From an uncultured delta proteobacterium (GTDB taxonomy: Bacteria; Desulfobacterota; Desulfobacteria; Desulfobacterales; QNYZ01), in NCBI GenBank assembly GCA_963845145.1, contig CAWJQU010000004.1:32001-96000 (forward strand): a stretch of 64,000 nucleotides of DNA, written 5' to 3'. The notes under the pieces were generated by a model, which made no database searches, had not been told where the DNA came from, and saw only the letters and a program-made list of their open reading frames with translations. The position numbers and the translations under genes are program-made. Of this stretch, positions 17,532 to 29,008 are shown one piece after another (the stretch's first letter is position 1; each line of letters opens with the position of its first letter).

Positions 17532-18710
17532 CTACCCAGCGTATAGTTTGGTAACGCTCTCAGGCAATTTTCCTTTCGTCAGCATAAAAGAGCGGCAGGG
17601 CATGGACGAGCGACCAAAATTTTTCTGCTGAGCTGCAAACGTATCCAACACATCCGACCGGAAATCATTGCCCAGGGTCAACAGCACTTCCTGATTAATA
17701 CCGGTGTCAACGCCGATTTCATGAAACATTGCCACCATATCCTCGGTTGAAATCAGGCCATGGTTAAAGTGATCGCTGTAGTAATCGCCCTCGCGTCCTT
17801 TAATCACGACGCCGTCCACCGTGTTGGCCGGTTGCCCGCCAATGCCGGACAGGCAGGATTCAAAGCGAATAATTCCGGCTTTAAGCGCTGCTGCTGCGTT
17901 TCTAAGGGCCGATGCCATGTTTTTGGTGTGAAAGTGTGCAATGTAAAGCTTGGGATCGGCATAGTCGCGACCGTCCGGGCCTGTGCCCATCTCCTGGGGA
18001 TCAAGTACACGACTGAAAAACTCATAGGATTTGTGATAATCGGTAACCGAGCCGTCATGGTCGGCGAGTTCTATGTCGTCAGCCCCGCAATCCAGATAGC
18101 GCTTGGTAAAGGCGATGGCAAAATCGAGCTTTTCTTCCATGCTGTATTGTTTGTTGAATTTTTCAAAGGGGCTGCCCCAAATGGTGCTGACGGTACCGTT
18201 TACAACGATTCCTCGACTGTGGGCGGCTTTAATCACCTGTTCGGTCATGGTGAAGTACTGGTCATGGGTCTTGCCCGAATTGGCCATCTGATGCTCAGGG
18301 CAGGTTGATGTCATTTGAAGAATACGGTCCGGGCCATGCCCCGCATCAATGTCCTTGAAGGCCCGTTCAGCACCTCTTTCATGGATGGTAACCGCTGTCA
18401 GTTCCACATCGCCGCCGTTGCGTTTCATCATTTCGCCTATGGTTCTGCCATCCGGCGCCTTGGTTTCGCTGTTCAGCATACGCTTTAATACTTCCGTGGC
18501 ATCTGGAAAAAAGGGTACAAATTTAGGGTGACCGTAATTGGTGGCCTCCATCCGCTTAAAGCCTGCGAGAATAAGGCCTTCCAGATATTTAACCTTGGTG
18601 TCGGTATCAATAACGGTCTCCAGCGATTGCAAGCCGTCCCTGATGGTGATATCGCTGAGCTCTACTTTTCTTCCTGTCAATTGATCCTTGGTAATGTAGG
18701 TGTCTGACAT
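17532..18710 (-). CDS. DRE-TIM metallolyase, hydroxymethylglutaryl-CoA lyase-like (long, divergent)
   Basis: ITIRDGLQ, VSTIWGSP, LADHDGS, HFH metal motif, FESCLSGIGGQP, STEDMVAMF. Confidence 0.78.
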   Translation of the reverse strand: MSDTYITKDQLTGRKVELSDITIRDGLQSLETVIDTDTKVKYLEGLILAGFKRMEATNYGHPKFVPFFPDATEVLKRMLNSETKAPDGRTIGEMMKRNGGDVELTAVTIHERGAERAFKDIDAGHGPDRILQMTSTCPEHQMANSGKTHDQYFTMTEQVIKAAHSRGIVVNGTVSTIWGSPFEKFNKQYSMEEKLDFAIAFTKRYLDCGADDIELADHDGSVTDYHKSYEFFSRVLDPQEMGTGPDGRDYADPKLYIAHFHTKNMASALRNAAAALKAGIIRFESCLSGIGGQPANTVDGVVIKGREGDYYSDHFNHGLISTEDMVAMFHEIGVDTGINQEVLLTLGNDFRSDVLDTFAAQQKNFGRSSMPCRSFMLTKGKLPESVTKLYAG

Positions 18711-18744
18711 TTTTTTTCCTTTCCTTTTCAAATTCAAATCGAAC

Positions 18745-18784
18745 AGATCGAAATTTAAGGGTGCCTCGTGGTTATAATTAAAGA
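18745..18784. repeat. 40-bp direct repeat copy 2 (start codon decayed TTG>TTA)
   Basis: agatcgaaatttaagggtgcctcgtggttataattaaaga versus copy 1. Confidence 0.75.
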
Positions 18785-18872
18785 CCGACGATTTAAAAGA
18801 TTTTCAGTCTGAGATCCTTCTTTTTTCGTTAATGATATTTTTAATGAGCAAGCGTCAATCAACCAAAAAATT

Positions 18873-18924
18873 GAACGAGCGCTCAGTCGGAATCGATTAT
18901 AAAAAACGCACATGAGGTTGTCAA
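18873..18924 (-). promoter_or_regulatory. Consensus sigma70 promoter plus 16-bp operator for the liu-like operon
   Basis: Minus strand TTGACA(18924-18919)-N17-TATAAT(18901-18896), then GACTGAGCGCTCGTTC (18888-18873). Confidence 0.8.
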
Positions 18925-18994
18925 TGTTTTTTTGTTTAGAATGCTTACTGGAAAAAAAGAAAAATTTTGAAGAATGTTAATCTGAAAGCGTGTC

Positions 18995-19429
18995 TTAAGC
19001 GCTGACGGCCTGGAGGTAAACCAAAAGAGGGATCATGTGTAGATCTTTCGAAATTTCTTTTGTCTGGCCCAGGCGCCACTTTGATATGGATGCATTTTTA
19101 CCCAAAACAGTATCAATTTTTGCAACCAGGTTTTTGATGTCGATCGCCGGATGCCGCATAAAGACCTGTGGAAGCCCATAGGTCAGATTACAGGCCAGGC
19201 ACTTTCCCGGCTTTCGTTTAAGTTTGAAACAAAATTCAAGATAGTCCGGCCGGCATCCCTGAAACGATAATTCAATATCATAGGCGCCTTCGTCAATATC
19301 GCCGAAAAGAGCCTCGAAAAATTGGTTCGACCTGTTTTTGGGGAACAGGTCGTTGCAAACGGCGTCGGTAAAAACCGATTTTAGCTTTTTTTCATCAACC
19401 TTCACTGGATATTTGCCGCCTTTCGCCAC
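18995..19429 (-). CDS. Hypothetical protein
   Basis: FFEALFGD..EGAYDI.L and PGKCLACNLTYGLPQVF motifs resemble a small family I associate with sulfate reducers; function unknown. Confidence 0.7.
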   Translation of the reverse strand: MAKGGKYPVKVDEKKLKSVFTDAVCNDLFPKNRSNQFFEALFGDIDEGAYDIELSFQGCRPDYLEFCFKLKRKPGKCLACNLTYGLPQVFMRHPAIDIKNLVAKIDTVLGKNASISKWRLGQTKEISKDLHMIPLLVYLQAVSA

Positions 19430-19684
19430 TCTGTTTTTAGATTATGTCTGTACGTAACGATATTCTATGTCGTCGCGGTGATGAAAGTATCGAAGTCACA
19501 AGTGTATAGGTTAGATCACAATTTAGCTATAACTTAAATGATTGTTGGCCTTTTTAATGAATGTGAATTATTTAGTCAAACGGGTCGGTTCAACACTGTT
19601 GTTAAATTATCCGCGCTGAAACAAAACATTCGGTCGTGGGCGAGAAGCTGGATGGTTGCTGCTCGAGCGGCATTGAACCTTTAC

Positions 19685-19729
19685 TTGACATGCCATTGGG
19701 ATCATGTTAAAATGACTGAGCGCTCGTTC
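19685..19729 (+). promoter_or_regulatory. sigma70 promoter plus identical 16-bp operator for the tetR-icmF operon
   Basis: TTGACA(19685)-N17-TAAAAT(19708), immediately followed by GACTGAGCGCTCGTTC (19714-19729). Confidence 0.8.
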
Positions 19730-19754
19730 GGAATTTTAACAGGACCTTTTATCT

Positions 19755-20402
19755 ATGAATTTTTCGTCGGATATCCACAAAAACGGAACGAATGATATCC
19801 CCACCCAGGTTAAAAACCCGGAGTTGGTAGAACGTCGTCGACGACAGATAATCGATGCCGCCGTCAAATTGTTTACGGCTAAGGGTTTTCATAAAACCAC
19901 CACCCGGCAGATCGCCTCGGCAGTCGGGTTTTCCATAGGCTCGCTTTACGAATATGTCGCCTCCAAAGAAGACATCCTATACCTGGTCTGCGATTCCATT
20001 CATAGTCAGGTGGAACGTCTGGTGGGCGAAGGCATGAACCGTGCGGGCGCCGGTCGCAATGTTTTGGTGAAAATTCTAAGGGAATACTTTCTGGTATGTC
20101 ATCGCATGAGCGATGTGATTCTGTTGATCTATCAGGAAACACGTTCCCTGCCGCCCCAATGGCAAAAGCGAGTGCTGGAAAACGAGCTCAGAATCACCGG
20201 CCTGTTTGTCGAAGTGTTGGCTCGCCTGAAGGCCGATGGTGACTTATCTCACCTTGATGATCGCGATATTGAGTTGGCCGCCCATAATATATCTGTATTG
20301 GGGCATATGTGGACGTTTCGGCGCTGGTTTTTCGGCCGGCACTATTCCATCGAAGAGTATATTGACCGGCAAACATCTTTCGTTTTAAGGATTATCGGAT
20401 AA
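19755..20402 (+). CDS. TetR/AcrR family transcriptional regulator
   Basis: [21 protein letters not shown]...[18 protein letters not shown]. Confidence 0.93.
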   Translation: MNFSSDIHKNGTNDIPTQVKNPELVERRRRQIIDAAVKLFTAKGFHKTTTRQIASAVGFSIGSLYEYVASKEDILYLVCDSIHSQVERLVGEGMNRAGAGRNVLVKILREYFLVCHRMSDVILLIYQETRSLPPQWQKRVLENELRITGLFVEVLARLKADGDLSHLDDRDIELAAHNISVLGHMWTFRRWFFGRHYSIEEYIDRQTSFVLRIIG

Positions 20403-20416
20403 CGGGAGGAAAAAAT

Positions 20417-23400
20417 ATGGACGATGGCGTTAACGCCTACCACCCGAAAAACCCTGTTCGCGTGGTAACGGCTACATCCCTGTTCGACGGCCATGATGCC
20501 GCCATTAATATCATGCGCCGCATTCTTCAGAGTACCGGTGTGGAAGTGATCCATTTGGCTCATAACCGGTCCGTTCGCCAGATCGTTACCGCTGCCATCG
20601 AGGAAGACGCTCAAGGCATCGCCGTTTCCTGTTATCAAGGGGGACACGTCGAATTTTTCAAATATATGGTGGATCTGCTCAAGCAAAACGGGGCCGGGCA
20701 TATCAAGGTTTTCGGTGGTGGTGGCGGTGTGATCGTTCCCGAGGAGATTAAGGCGCTTGAAACTTACGGCGTTGCCAAGATTTACTCTCCCGAAGACGGT
20801 GCACGGTTGGGTTTACAGGGAATTATCAATCATCTGGTAAAAGAGATTGATTCCCCGCGAGTGTCCGATTTCGGTCCCGATTTCGATCGGGATTTAACCG
20901 ATTTGTCGCACGAAAACAAACCGGCTGTGGCAAGTTGGATCACCGCCGTGGAGACGGCCGGGGCTGGTGAGGATGGACGCTTGGAAAGCCTTAGGGCCGC
21001 TTTGAAATCCAAGATAGGGGATCGGAAAGTACCGGTCATCGGTATGACCGGGACCGGTGGCGCAGGTAAGTCTTCCTTGACCGACGAACTCATCTTACGG
21101 TTGCTTCACGATCAGGAATCGCTTCATTTGGCAATCATCAGTTGCGATCCCACCCGAAGAAAAACCGGCGGCGCCCTGCTTGGGGATCGAATTCGCATGA
21201 ATGCCATCGACCATCCCCGCGTCTACATGCGCTCATTGGCGACTCGAGCATCGCACACCGAGTTGCCCGCCACTCTACCGGATGCCATTGCAGTGGCCAA
21301 AGCTGCCGGGTTTGACCTGATCATTGCAGAAACTGCCGGTATCGGCCAGGGCGATTCCCTTATCGTCGACCAGTCCGACGTATCGGTTTATGTCATGACG
21401 AGTGAGTTTGGTGCAGCGTCCCAGTTGGAAAAGATCGATATGCTCGATTTTGCCGATTTGGTCGTGGTGAACAAATTCGAAAAACGCGGCAGTGAAGATG
21501 CCCTGCGCGATGTTCGTAAGCAGGTGCAGCGCAACCGTCAGGCCTTTGGGCAGCATGCGGATGAAATGCCGGTATACGGCACCATTGCTTCAAAATTCAA
21601 TGACGACGGCGTCACCGCGCTCTATCACGGCATTTTAGATGCTATTGCAGCGAAAACAGGGGTTTCTTTCAAAACATCCCTTCCGCGAGGCGAGGAACGC
21701 CATTCCAGTTCCATGACGATCATTATTCCTCCTGAACGAACACGATATTTGGCGGAAATCGCTGAAACGGTTCGTGGTTATCACGATCACACTGAAGCTC
21801 AGGCCGGGCATCTTCGGCAAACCTGGCATTTGCAAGCGAGTATCGAGGCACTGGAAAAAACTTTCATCGATCAAAAAACTGAACTGGTTGAAGCGCTGCG
21901 CGAAGAATGGAAAACGGCTGATCGGCGGCTGGACCCGGAAACCCGGGACCTGACCGACGCGTGGCCGAAACTAAAAGCGCGGTACAATCGTGATGCGTTG
22001 GTGTATCACGTCCGCGACCAGGAGATTCGGGTCCCCTTGTTCACCACCTCTCTTTCCCACAATAAGATTCCCAAGGTGGTTTTACCCGGTTTCAAAGATC
22101 CGGGGGAGATCTATCGATGGCAGCGCCGGGAGAATCTTCCGGGATTTTTTCCTTATACGGCCGGGGTTTTTCCCTTGAAAAGAGAGGGCGAAGAACCGAC
22201 CCGTATGTTTGCCGGGGAGGGCGACCCGGCCCGGACCAATCGACGGTTTAAAATGCTCTCGGCCGACTATGATGCCAAACGGCTCTCCACGGCTTTTGAT
22301 TCGGTGACCCTTTACGGACAAGATCCTGATCGACAACCCGACATCTACGGCAAGGTCGGCACCTCCGGCGTCAGTATCTGTACCCTGGATGACATGAAGG
22401 TGCTCTACGATGGATTCGACCTGTGTGCACCCAATACGTCTGTATCCATGACCATTAACGGGCCGGCGCCCATTATGCTGGCCATGTTTTTAAATACAGC
22501 TATCGATCAAAAAACGGATGCCTTTCGAACGGAAACCGGTCGACAACCCACCGATGAGGAATACCAAAAGATCCGGGAAAAGGCGCTGGCCACGGTTCGC
22601 GGTACGGTTCAGGCCGATATTCTCAAAGAAGATCAGGGACAGAACACCTGTATTTTTTCCATCGAATTCGCTCTGAAAATGATGGGGGATATTCAGCAAT
22701 ATTTCATCGATCACGATGTGCGTAATTTTTATTCGGTATCCATCTCGGGCTACCATATCGCCGAAGCGGGCGCCAATCCCATCAGTCAACTGGCGTTCAC
22801 CCTGGCCAATGGGTTTACCTATGTGGAGTACTACCTGTCCCGGGGGATGCCGGTGGATCATTTCGGTCCCAATCTCTCCTTTTTCTTCTCCAATGGTATG
22901 GATCCCGAGTATACCGTCATCGGACGGGTGGCGCGTCGTATTTGGGCCGTTGCCATGCGGGATAAATACGGGGCTGGCACGCGGGCTCAGATGTTGAAAT
23001 ATCATATCCAAACTTCGGGAAGATCGCTGCATAGTCAAGATATTCAATTCAACGACGTTCGCACCACACTGCAGGCCCTGTGTGCCGTTTACGACAATTG
23101 CCAGAGTTTGCATACCAATGCCTTTGACGAAGCCATCACCACGCCGAGTGCCGAATCGGTACGCCGGGCGCTGGCCATTCAGATGATTATTAACCGGGAA
23201 TGGGGCCTGTCCAAAAGCGAAAACCCGCTTCAGGGGAGCTTTATTGTGGACACGCTTACCGACCTGGTGGAGGAAGCCGTGTTGCTGGAATTCGACCGTA
23301 TCGCTGCGCGGGGTGGTGTTCTTGGCGCCATGGAGACCGGGTATCAGCGTGGGAAAATTCAGGAAGAGTCGATTTACTACGAAACCCAAAAGCATACGGG

Positions 23401-23710
23401 AAAACTGCCCATTGTCGGGGTTAACACCTTTCGTGATCCCCACGGTGGCGATGAGTTGAGTGAAGATCATTTTGAACTTGAGCTGGCCCGGGCCACTACG
23501 GAGGAAAAAGAGTCCCAGCTCAGCCGTTTGGCTGATTTTCGTGAACAATACGAGCAAAAGGCGCCCGGTGCGTTGGCACGGTTGCAAAAGGCAGCCCTTT
23601 CCCAAAATAATATTTTTGCGGAATTAATGGAAACCGTCCGGTTTTGCTCATTGGGACAGATTACAAAAGCTTTGTATGACGTAGGTGGGCAGTATCGACG
23701 AAATATGTAG
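20417..23710 (+). CDS. icmF: Fused isobutyryl-CoA mutase/GTPase (B12-dependent)
   Basis: 1097 aa; B12-binding [12 protein letters not shown], MeaB-like GTPase [13 protein letters not shown], mutase [25 protein letters not shown]-terminal GGQYRRNM. Confidence 0.95.
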   Translation: MDDGVNAYHPKNPVRVVTATSLFDGHDAAINIMRRILQSTGVEVIHLAHNRSVRQIVTAAIEEDAQGIAVSCYQGGHVEFFKYMVDLLKQNGAGHIKVFGGGGGVIVPEEIKALETYGVAKIYSPEDGARLGLQGIINHLVKEIDSPRVSDFGPDFDRDLTDLSHENKPAVASWITAVETAGAGEDGRLESLRAALKSKIGDRKVPVIGMTGTGGAGKSSLTDELILRLLHDQESLHLAIISCDPTRRKTGGALLGDRIRMNAIDHPRVYMRSLATRASHTELPATLPDAIAVAKAAGFDLIIAETAGIGQGDSLIVDQSDVSVYVMTSEFGAASQLEKIDMLDFADLVVVNKFEKRGSEDALRDVRKQVQRNRQAFGQHADEMPVYGTIASKFNDDGVTALYHGILDAIAAKTGVSFKTSLPRGEERHSSSMTIIIPPERTRYLAEIAETVRGYHDHTEAQAGHLRQTWHLQASIEALEKTFIDQKTELVEALREEWKTADRRLDPETRDLTDAWPKLKARYNRDALVYHVRDQEIRVPLFTTSLSHNKIPKVVLPGFKDPGEIYRWQRRENLPGFFPYTAGVFPLKREGEEPTRMFAGEGDPARTNRRFKMLSADYDAKRLSTAFDSVTLYGQDPDRQPDIYGKVGTSGVSICTLDDMKVLYDGFDLCAPNTSVSMTINGPAPIMLAMFLNTAIDQKTDAFRTETGRQPTDEEYQKIREKALATVRGTVQADILKEDQGQNTCIFSIEFALKMMGDIQQYFIDHDVRNFYSVSISGYHIAEAGANPISQLAFTLANGFTYVEYYLSRGMPVDHFGPNLSFFFSNGMDPEYTVIGRVARRIWAVAMRDKYGAGTRAQMLKYHIQTSGRSLHSQDIQFNDVRTTLQALCAVYDNCQSLHTNAFDEAITTPSAESVRRALAIQMIINREWGLSKSENPLQGSFIVDTLTDLVEEAVLLEFDRIAARGGVLGAMETGYQRGKIQEESIYYETQKHTGKLPIVGVNTFRDPHGGDELSEDHFELELARATTEEKESQLSRLADFREQYEQKAPGALARLQKAALSQNNIFAELMETVRFCSLGQITKALYDVGGQYRRNM

Positions 23711-23712
23711 AT

Positions 23713-23750
23713 CGGTTTGCCGGTTTGACGGTTAGTCGGTTGACCCGTTG
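23713..23750. repeat. Degenerate 8-mer array (reverse orientation of the 25061 array)
   Basis: cggtttgc cggtttga cggttagt cggttgac ccgttg. Confidence 0.55.
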
Positions 23751-23794
23751 AGTCCGTGTCGCGTTTGGATATAATCCGTGGATCATCACTGGGT

Positions 23795-23819
23795 GTAGGG
23801 GCAGCCTTTATGGCTGCCC
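23795..23819. repeat. GTAG-type REP hairpin
   Basis: GTAG followed by GGGCAGCC-TTTAT-GGCTGCCC. Confidence 0.6.
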
Positions 23820-23869
23820 GGAATATATGAATAAACCATATTAGAGTAAATCAAAAAGGAGAAAATCAT

Positions 23870-25045
23870 ATGCGTGAAGCAGTTATTGTCAGTGCGGTAC
23901 GAACACCGTTGGGTAATTTTAACGGCACCCTGAGCCCCCTGGGGGCCACGGATCTGGGCGGAATTGCCATAAAGGCCGCTGTGGAGCGGGCCGGTATCGC
24001 TCCGGAAACGGTCAATGAAGTCATTATGGGGCAGGTCCTACCTTGCGGGAGCGGTCAGAATCCGGCCAAGCAAGCGGCTGTCAAGGCCGGTATGCCCTGG
24101 GAAGTAGAGTGTTTTACGGTCAACAAGGTTTGCGGATCTGCCTTAAAGACCGTGATGCTGGCCGCCCAGGCGGTTCAGACGGGTGATGCCGATGTGGTTG
24201 TCGCTGGTGGTATGGAAAGTATGAGCCAGACACCCTTCTACTTAGAAAAGGCCCGGTTTGGATATCGTATGGGCACGGGCGAACTATTGGATCACATGAT
24301 TCATGACGGCCTTTGGGATATTGTCAATGATTTCCATATGGGCATTTCCAATGAACTCTGTTCTGAAAAGTACGGTATAACGCGTGAAGATCAAGACCGG
24401 TATGCGGCGGAATCATACCGGCGCACATTGACGGCCATATCCGATGGCCGTTTTTCCGATGAAATTATCCCAGTGGACATTCCCAGACGCAAAAAAGATC
24501 CACTCAAATTCGACCGGGATGAATGCCCCCGTGATACCGACTACGACGCTTTGTCCAAAATGAAGCCGGCCTTCAAAAAGGGCGGCGTGACAACCGCGGG
24601 CAACGCCTCAATCATCAGTGATGGTGCCGCTGCCGTCGTCGTCATGGCGAGGGAGAAAGCAGAAGAGCTGGGATGTGAAATCATGGCCAGCATCGGTGCC
24701 CAGGCATCCTACGGCATCGACATGAAGTACGTCCTGGTGGCCCCGATTTGGGCTGTTCCTAAATGTATTCAAAAAGAGGGGCTCGATATCGGAGCGATCG
24801 ACCTTTTCGAGATCAACGAAGCTTTCAGCGGTTCCACTGCTGCGGTTTTAAAGGAGCTTGAGCTCGATTCCGCCAAGGTGAATGTCAATGGTGGTAGCGT
24901 GGCCCTGGGCCATCCCATCGGTGCCAGCGGTTGTCGGGTGCTGGTAACCTTATTGTATGAGATGATCCGTCAAGACAAAAAAACCGGACTGGCCTCGTTG
25001 TGCCTGGGCGGCGGTGAAGCTGTGGCGATGATCGTAAAACGATAA
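23870..25045 (+). CDS. Acetyl-CoA acetyltransferase (thiolase)
   Basis: VNKVCGS, EINEAF, GHPIGASG, SLCLGGG. Confidence 0.95.
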   Translation: MREAVIVSAVRTPLGNFNGTLSPLGATDLGGIAIKAAVERAGIAPETVNEVIMGQVLPCGSGQNPAKQAAVKAGMPWEVECFTVNKVCGSALKTVMLAAQAVQTGDADVVVAGGMESMSQTPFYLEKARFGYRMGTGELLDHMIHDGLWDIVNDFHMGISNELCSEKYGITREDQDRYAAESYRRTLTAISDGRFSDEIIPVDIPRRKKDPLKFDRDECPRDTDYDALSKMKPAFKKGGVTTAGNASIISDGAAAVVVMAREKAEELGCEIMASIGAQASYGIDMKYVLVAPIWAVPKCIQKEGLDIGAIDLFEINEAFSGSTAAVLKELELDSAKVNVNGGSVALGHPIGASGCRVLVTLLYEMIRQDKKTGLASLCLGGGEAVAMIVKR

Positions 25046-25060
25046 ATAGCTTTCATATTA

Positions 25061-25159
25061 CCGGCCAACTGGCCAACTAACCGGCCAACCGGCCAACCGG
25101 CCAACCGGCAAACGGGCCAACCGGCAAACGGGCCAACGGGCAAACAGACAAACCGGCAA
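25061..25159. repeat. 8-bp tandem repeat CCGGCCAA/CGGGCAAA (about 12 units)
   Basis: ccggccaa ccggccaa ccggccaa ccggcaaa cgggccaa ccggcaaa cgggccaa cgggcaaa... Confidence 0.9.
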
Positions 25160-25179
25160 GCGGAAATAAAGGAGTGAAA

Positions 25180-26028
<849 letters not shown>

Positions 26029-26113
26029 CCCAACACTTACTAACCATTATAGCGTTCTTAATCAGATGCTAAGACGCTGATACCAAGGCGTTGAAGGCAA
26101 AAAAGGAGGCGAA

Positions 26114-26665
26114 GTGGCTCCCAAAAAAAAAGAATCCATGATGCCGGTCGGTAAAAAGATTCGACAGGCGCGACTGGCCAAAAAGCTGTTGTTGGAAAAT
26201 CTGGCCAATGAAACGGGCTTATCCATTGATTACATCAAACAGATCGAATCCGGAAAAAAGATACCGCCCGTGGGGACGTTGTTGCAACTATCCCGTGCCC
26301 TGCAGATCGATTCGAGTTTTTTACTAAAGGAGCAAAAGGCGACACTTAACAAACGGGTGAAAGCCTACACCAAAAGGACCGATAATTACGCTTATGACAC
26401 CCTGACTCCCGGCGCTGAAAACAAACATTTAAAGGCTTTTCGAGTCACCATCGAACCCATGTCGGAGCATTCGGGCGTGGGGTACCATCATGAAGGTGAA
26501 GAGTTCGTCTACGTTCTCAATGGCAACATTGAAATAACCGTTGGCGAACATGTCAACCGGCTTCAAAAGGATGACTCGCTTCATTTTAATTCCGGCATTC
26601 AGCACAATATGCGCAACACAGGGAAAGAAGAGGCCATGTTGATCGTGGTGATTTATAATGTCTAA
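26114..26665 (+). CDS. XRE-family HTH + cupin transcriptional regulator
   Basis: GKKIRQAR...LANETGLS...QIESG HTH; HEGEEFVYVL and GIQH cupin motifs. Confidence 0.9.
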   Translation: MAPKKKESMMPVGKKIRQARLAKKLLLENLANETGLSIDYIKQIESGKKIPPVGTLLQLSRALQIDSSFLLKEQKATLNKRVKAYTKRTDNYAYDTLTPGAENKHLKAFRVTIEPMSEHSGVGYHHEGEEFVYVLNGNIEITVGEHVNRLQKDDSLHFNSGIQHNMRNTGKEEAMLIVVIYNV

Positions 26666-26710
26666 GACACGCAACATCCGTCCAACATTGCGTTTAATGG
26701 AGTGTAATCG

Positions 26711-27868
26711 ATGTTATTCAAACTGACCGACGAACAGTTGATGATTCAATCCATGGCGAGGGAATTTGCCCGCAAGGAGATTGCCCCCACTGCCGCGGAG
26801 CGGGATCGTTCCAAGGAATTTCCATCCGAAAATCTGAGGAAAATGGGAGAGCTTGGTTTTCTGGGCATGATGACGCCGGTGGAATACGATGGTGGCGGTG
26901 CGGACTCTATCAGCTATATATTGGCCCTATCGGAAATCGCCGCGGCCTGTGCCTCTACGGCCGTGGTAATGTCCGTTCACAATTCCATTGTTTGTGAAAG
27001 TATCAATCGCTATGGGACCGAGGCACAAAAACAAAAATACCTACCCGTGTTGGCCCGGGGTGAAATTATCGGTGCCTTTGCCCTCACCGAGCCACACGCC
27101 GGGTCCGATCCGGTTATGCAGAGTGCCAGAGCCCAGCGGGACGGGGATGCGTATATCTTAAACGGTACCAAGCGGTTTATCACCACGGGCCGCAATTCCG
27201 GGCTGGTGATCGTCACGGCAAAAACTGCGCCGGACGAAGGCCATAAGGGGATAAGCGCATTTTTGGTGGAGAAGGGCTTCCCCGGAATTAGTGTGGGTCG
27301 TGAAGAAGACAAAATGGGGCTCAGGGCTTCGGATACCACCGATCTTATTTTTGAAGAGTGTCGGATACCCTTAGAGAACAGGCTCGGGGAGGAAGGTGAG
27401 GGGTTTAAGATTTCCATGACGGCTCTGGACGGCGGACGCATCGGTATTGCCGCGCAGTCGCTAGGCGTGGCCCAGGCGGCCATGGATGCAGCGGTGAACT
27501 ATGCCAAAACCAGGGAACAGTTTGGTCGGAAAATATCGAAATTTCAGGGGTTGCGGTGGATGGTGGCCGACATGGCCACCCAGATCGAAGCCGCCCGGCA
27601 GCTTACCCTTTCGGCGGCGGCCATGAAGATCCGGGGTGAAAAATTTTCGGCTCAGGCGTCCATGGCCAAGCTTTTTGCCTCGGAGATGGTCAATCGGATC
27701 ACAGCCCAGGCTCTGCAGATCCATGGCGGATACGGATTTACCAAGGAGTACGATGTGGAACGGTATTATCGGGATGCGCGTGTGTTTACAATCTATGAAG
27801 GAACATCTGAAATACAGCGCGTGGTCATCTCCAATCATATTTTTAAAGACAAGCGCAAGACTCATTGA
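26711..27868 (+). CDS. Acyl-CoA dehydrogenase (butyryl-CoA type)
   Basis: FALTEPHAGSD, EDKMGLRAS, REQFG, IHGGYGF, IYEGTSEIQR. Confidence 0.93.
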   Translation: MLFKLTDEQLMIQSMAREFARKEIAPTAAERDRSKEFPSENLRKMGELGFLGMMTPVEYDGGGADSISYILALSEIAAACASTAVVMSVHNSIVCESINRYGTEAQKQKYLPVLARGEIIGAFALTEPHAGSDPVMQSARAQRDGDAYILNGTKRFITTGRNSGLVIVTAKTAPDEGHKGISAFLVEKGFPGISVGREEDKMGLRASDTTDLIFEECRIPLENRLGEEGEGFKISMTALDGGRIGIAAQSLGVAQAAMDAAVNYAKTREQFGRKISKFQGLRWMVADMATQIEAARQLTLSAAAMKIRGEKFSAQASMAKLFASEMVNRITAQALQIHGGYGFTKEYDVERYYRDARVFTIYEGTSEIQRVVISNHIFKDKRKTH

Positions 27869-27889
27869 CATCTATGTGATCTCTCTGTT

Positions 27890-28031
27890 GAGCCAATTTC
27901 AAAACGGCCCAGTTTGCCCAATCTCTGCGTCTGGCTCAAATTTTAATCCTCGAAATACCCAATGTATTCCTCTGATTAAAATTTACGCCATCCTTGACCT
28001 TGAACAAACTGAAACGTTTTGAAAATGGCTC
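27890..28031. mobile_element. MITE-like palindromic element, family A copy 2
   Basis: 142 bp, TIR GAGCCAATTTCAAAACG/CGTTTTGAAAATGGCTC, flanked by 4-bp direct repeat TGTT. Confidence 0.8.
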
Positions 28032-28091
28032 TGTTGATTTGACAATGGTCAAAGGCGCGTTTATTTTCAGATGAAAAAAGGATGAATAGCG

Positions 28092-28976
28092 ATGTTTGTC
28101 GCACCACCATCACCCTATCTGGTTCCGTTCAACGGAAAATTCAAACACACCCATTTCTCAACGCATCCGCCTGATAAGGGCGTCAAGAAAAAAAAGCTGA
28201 AAAACCGGCTTAAAGAATGCACAGAGGAACTGGCGGAACTTCAGAAAGTGCTGTACGCTCATGACCGGTATTCACTTCTGTTGATTTTTCAGGCCATGGA
28301 TGCCGGCGGAAAAGACTCTACGATTCGCGCTGTGATGAGCGGCGTGAATCCTGCCGGCTGCCAGGTCTTTTCATTTAAACAGCCAAGCGCGGAAGCGCTG
28401 GACCATGATTTCCTGTGGCGTAGCAGTAGACGTCTGCCGGAACGGGGGCGGATTGGGATTTTTAACCGCAGCTATTATGAAGAAACGCTCGTGGTGCGGG
28501 TCCATCCGGAAATCCTGGCAGGGCAGCAACTGCCCGGGCCTGTTGATTTAAAAACGGTTTGGGGTGAGCGGTTTGAATCCATTCGGGATCATGAAAAACA
28601 TCTGGCCCGAAACGGTACGGTCATTCTTAAATTCTGGTTGAATGTATCACCGGAAGAACAGCGCCGGCGGTTTCTATCCCGCCTGGACGAGCCGGATAAA
28701 CATTGGAAGTTTTCGACGGCTGACTTAAAAGAGCGACGTTTGTGGCCAAAATATATGCAGGCGTATGAAGATGCGCTGGCGGAAACCTCTAAATCCTGGG
28801 CTCCCTGGTACGCCATCCCGGCGGATGATAAGCTGTTTATGCGGTTTACCGTAGCAAATCTGGTTGTAAAAGCATTGAAATCATTACCGCTAAAGTATCC
28901 GGAAGTAAAAAAACAGGATAAGGACCAATTTAACGATATGCGACGAAGGTTATTGGAAGATGATCTGGGTTCTTAA
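28092..28976 (+). CDS. Polyphosphate kinase 2 family, class III-like (polyP:nucleotide phosphotransferase)
   Basis: FQAMDAGGKD, SFKQPS, LDHDFLWR, FNRSYYEE, HWKFS, APWYAIPADDK. Confidence 0.92.
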   Translation: MFVAPPSPYLVPFNGKFKHTHFSTHPPDKGVKKKKLKNRLKECTEELAELQKVLYAHDRYSLLLIFQAMDAGGKDSTIRAVMSGVNPAGCQVFSFKQPSAEALDHDFLWRSSRRLPERGRIGIFNRSYYEETLVVRVHPEILAGQQLPGPVDLKTVWGERFESIRDHEKHLARNGTVILKFWLNVSPEEQRRRFLSRLDEPDKHWKFSTADLKERRLWPKYMQAYEDALAETSKSWAPWYAIPADDKLFMRFTVANLVVKALKSLPLKYPEVKKQDKDQFNDMRRRLLEDDLGS

Positions 28977-29008
28977 TGTGCTTTTAGACAATTACGGGGA
29001 AAATAAAA

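Noticed and set aside
22490..23605. 371-aa antisense ORF inside icmF, and the many other shadow ORFs
   Set aside because: They lie opposite or within well-supported genes and show no recognisable motifs.
25061..25159. Short repeat arrays (also 1496-1575 and 48781-48822) as CRISPR
   Set aside because: Units are 5-15 bp in tandem with no unique spacers, and there are no cas genes.
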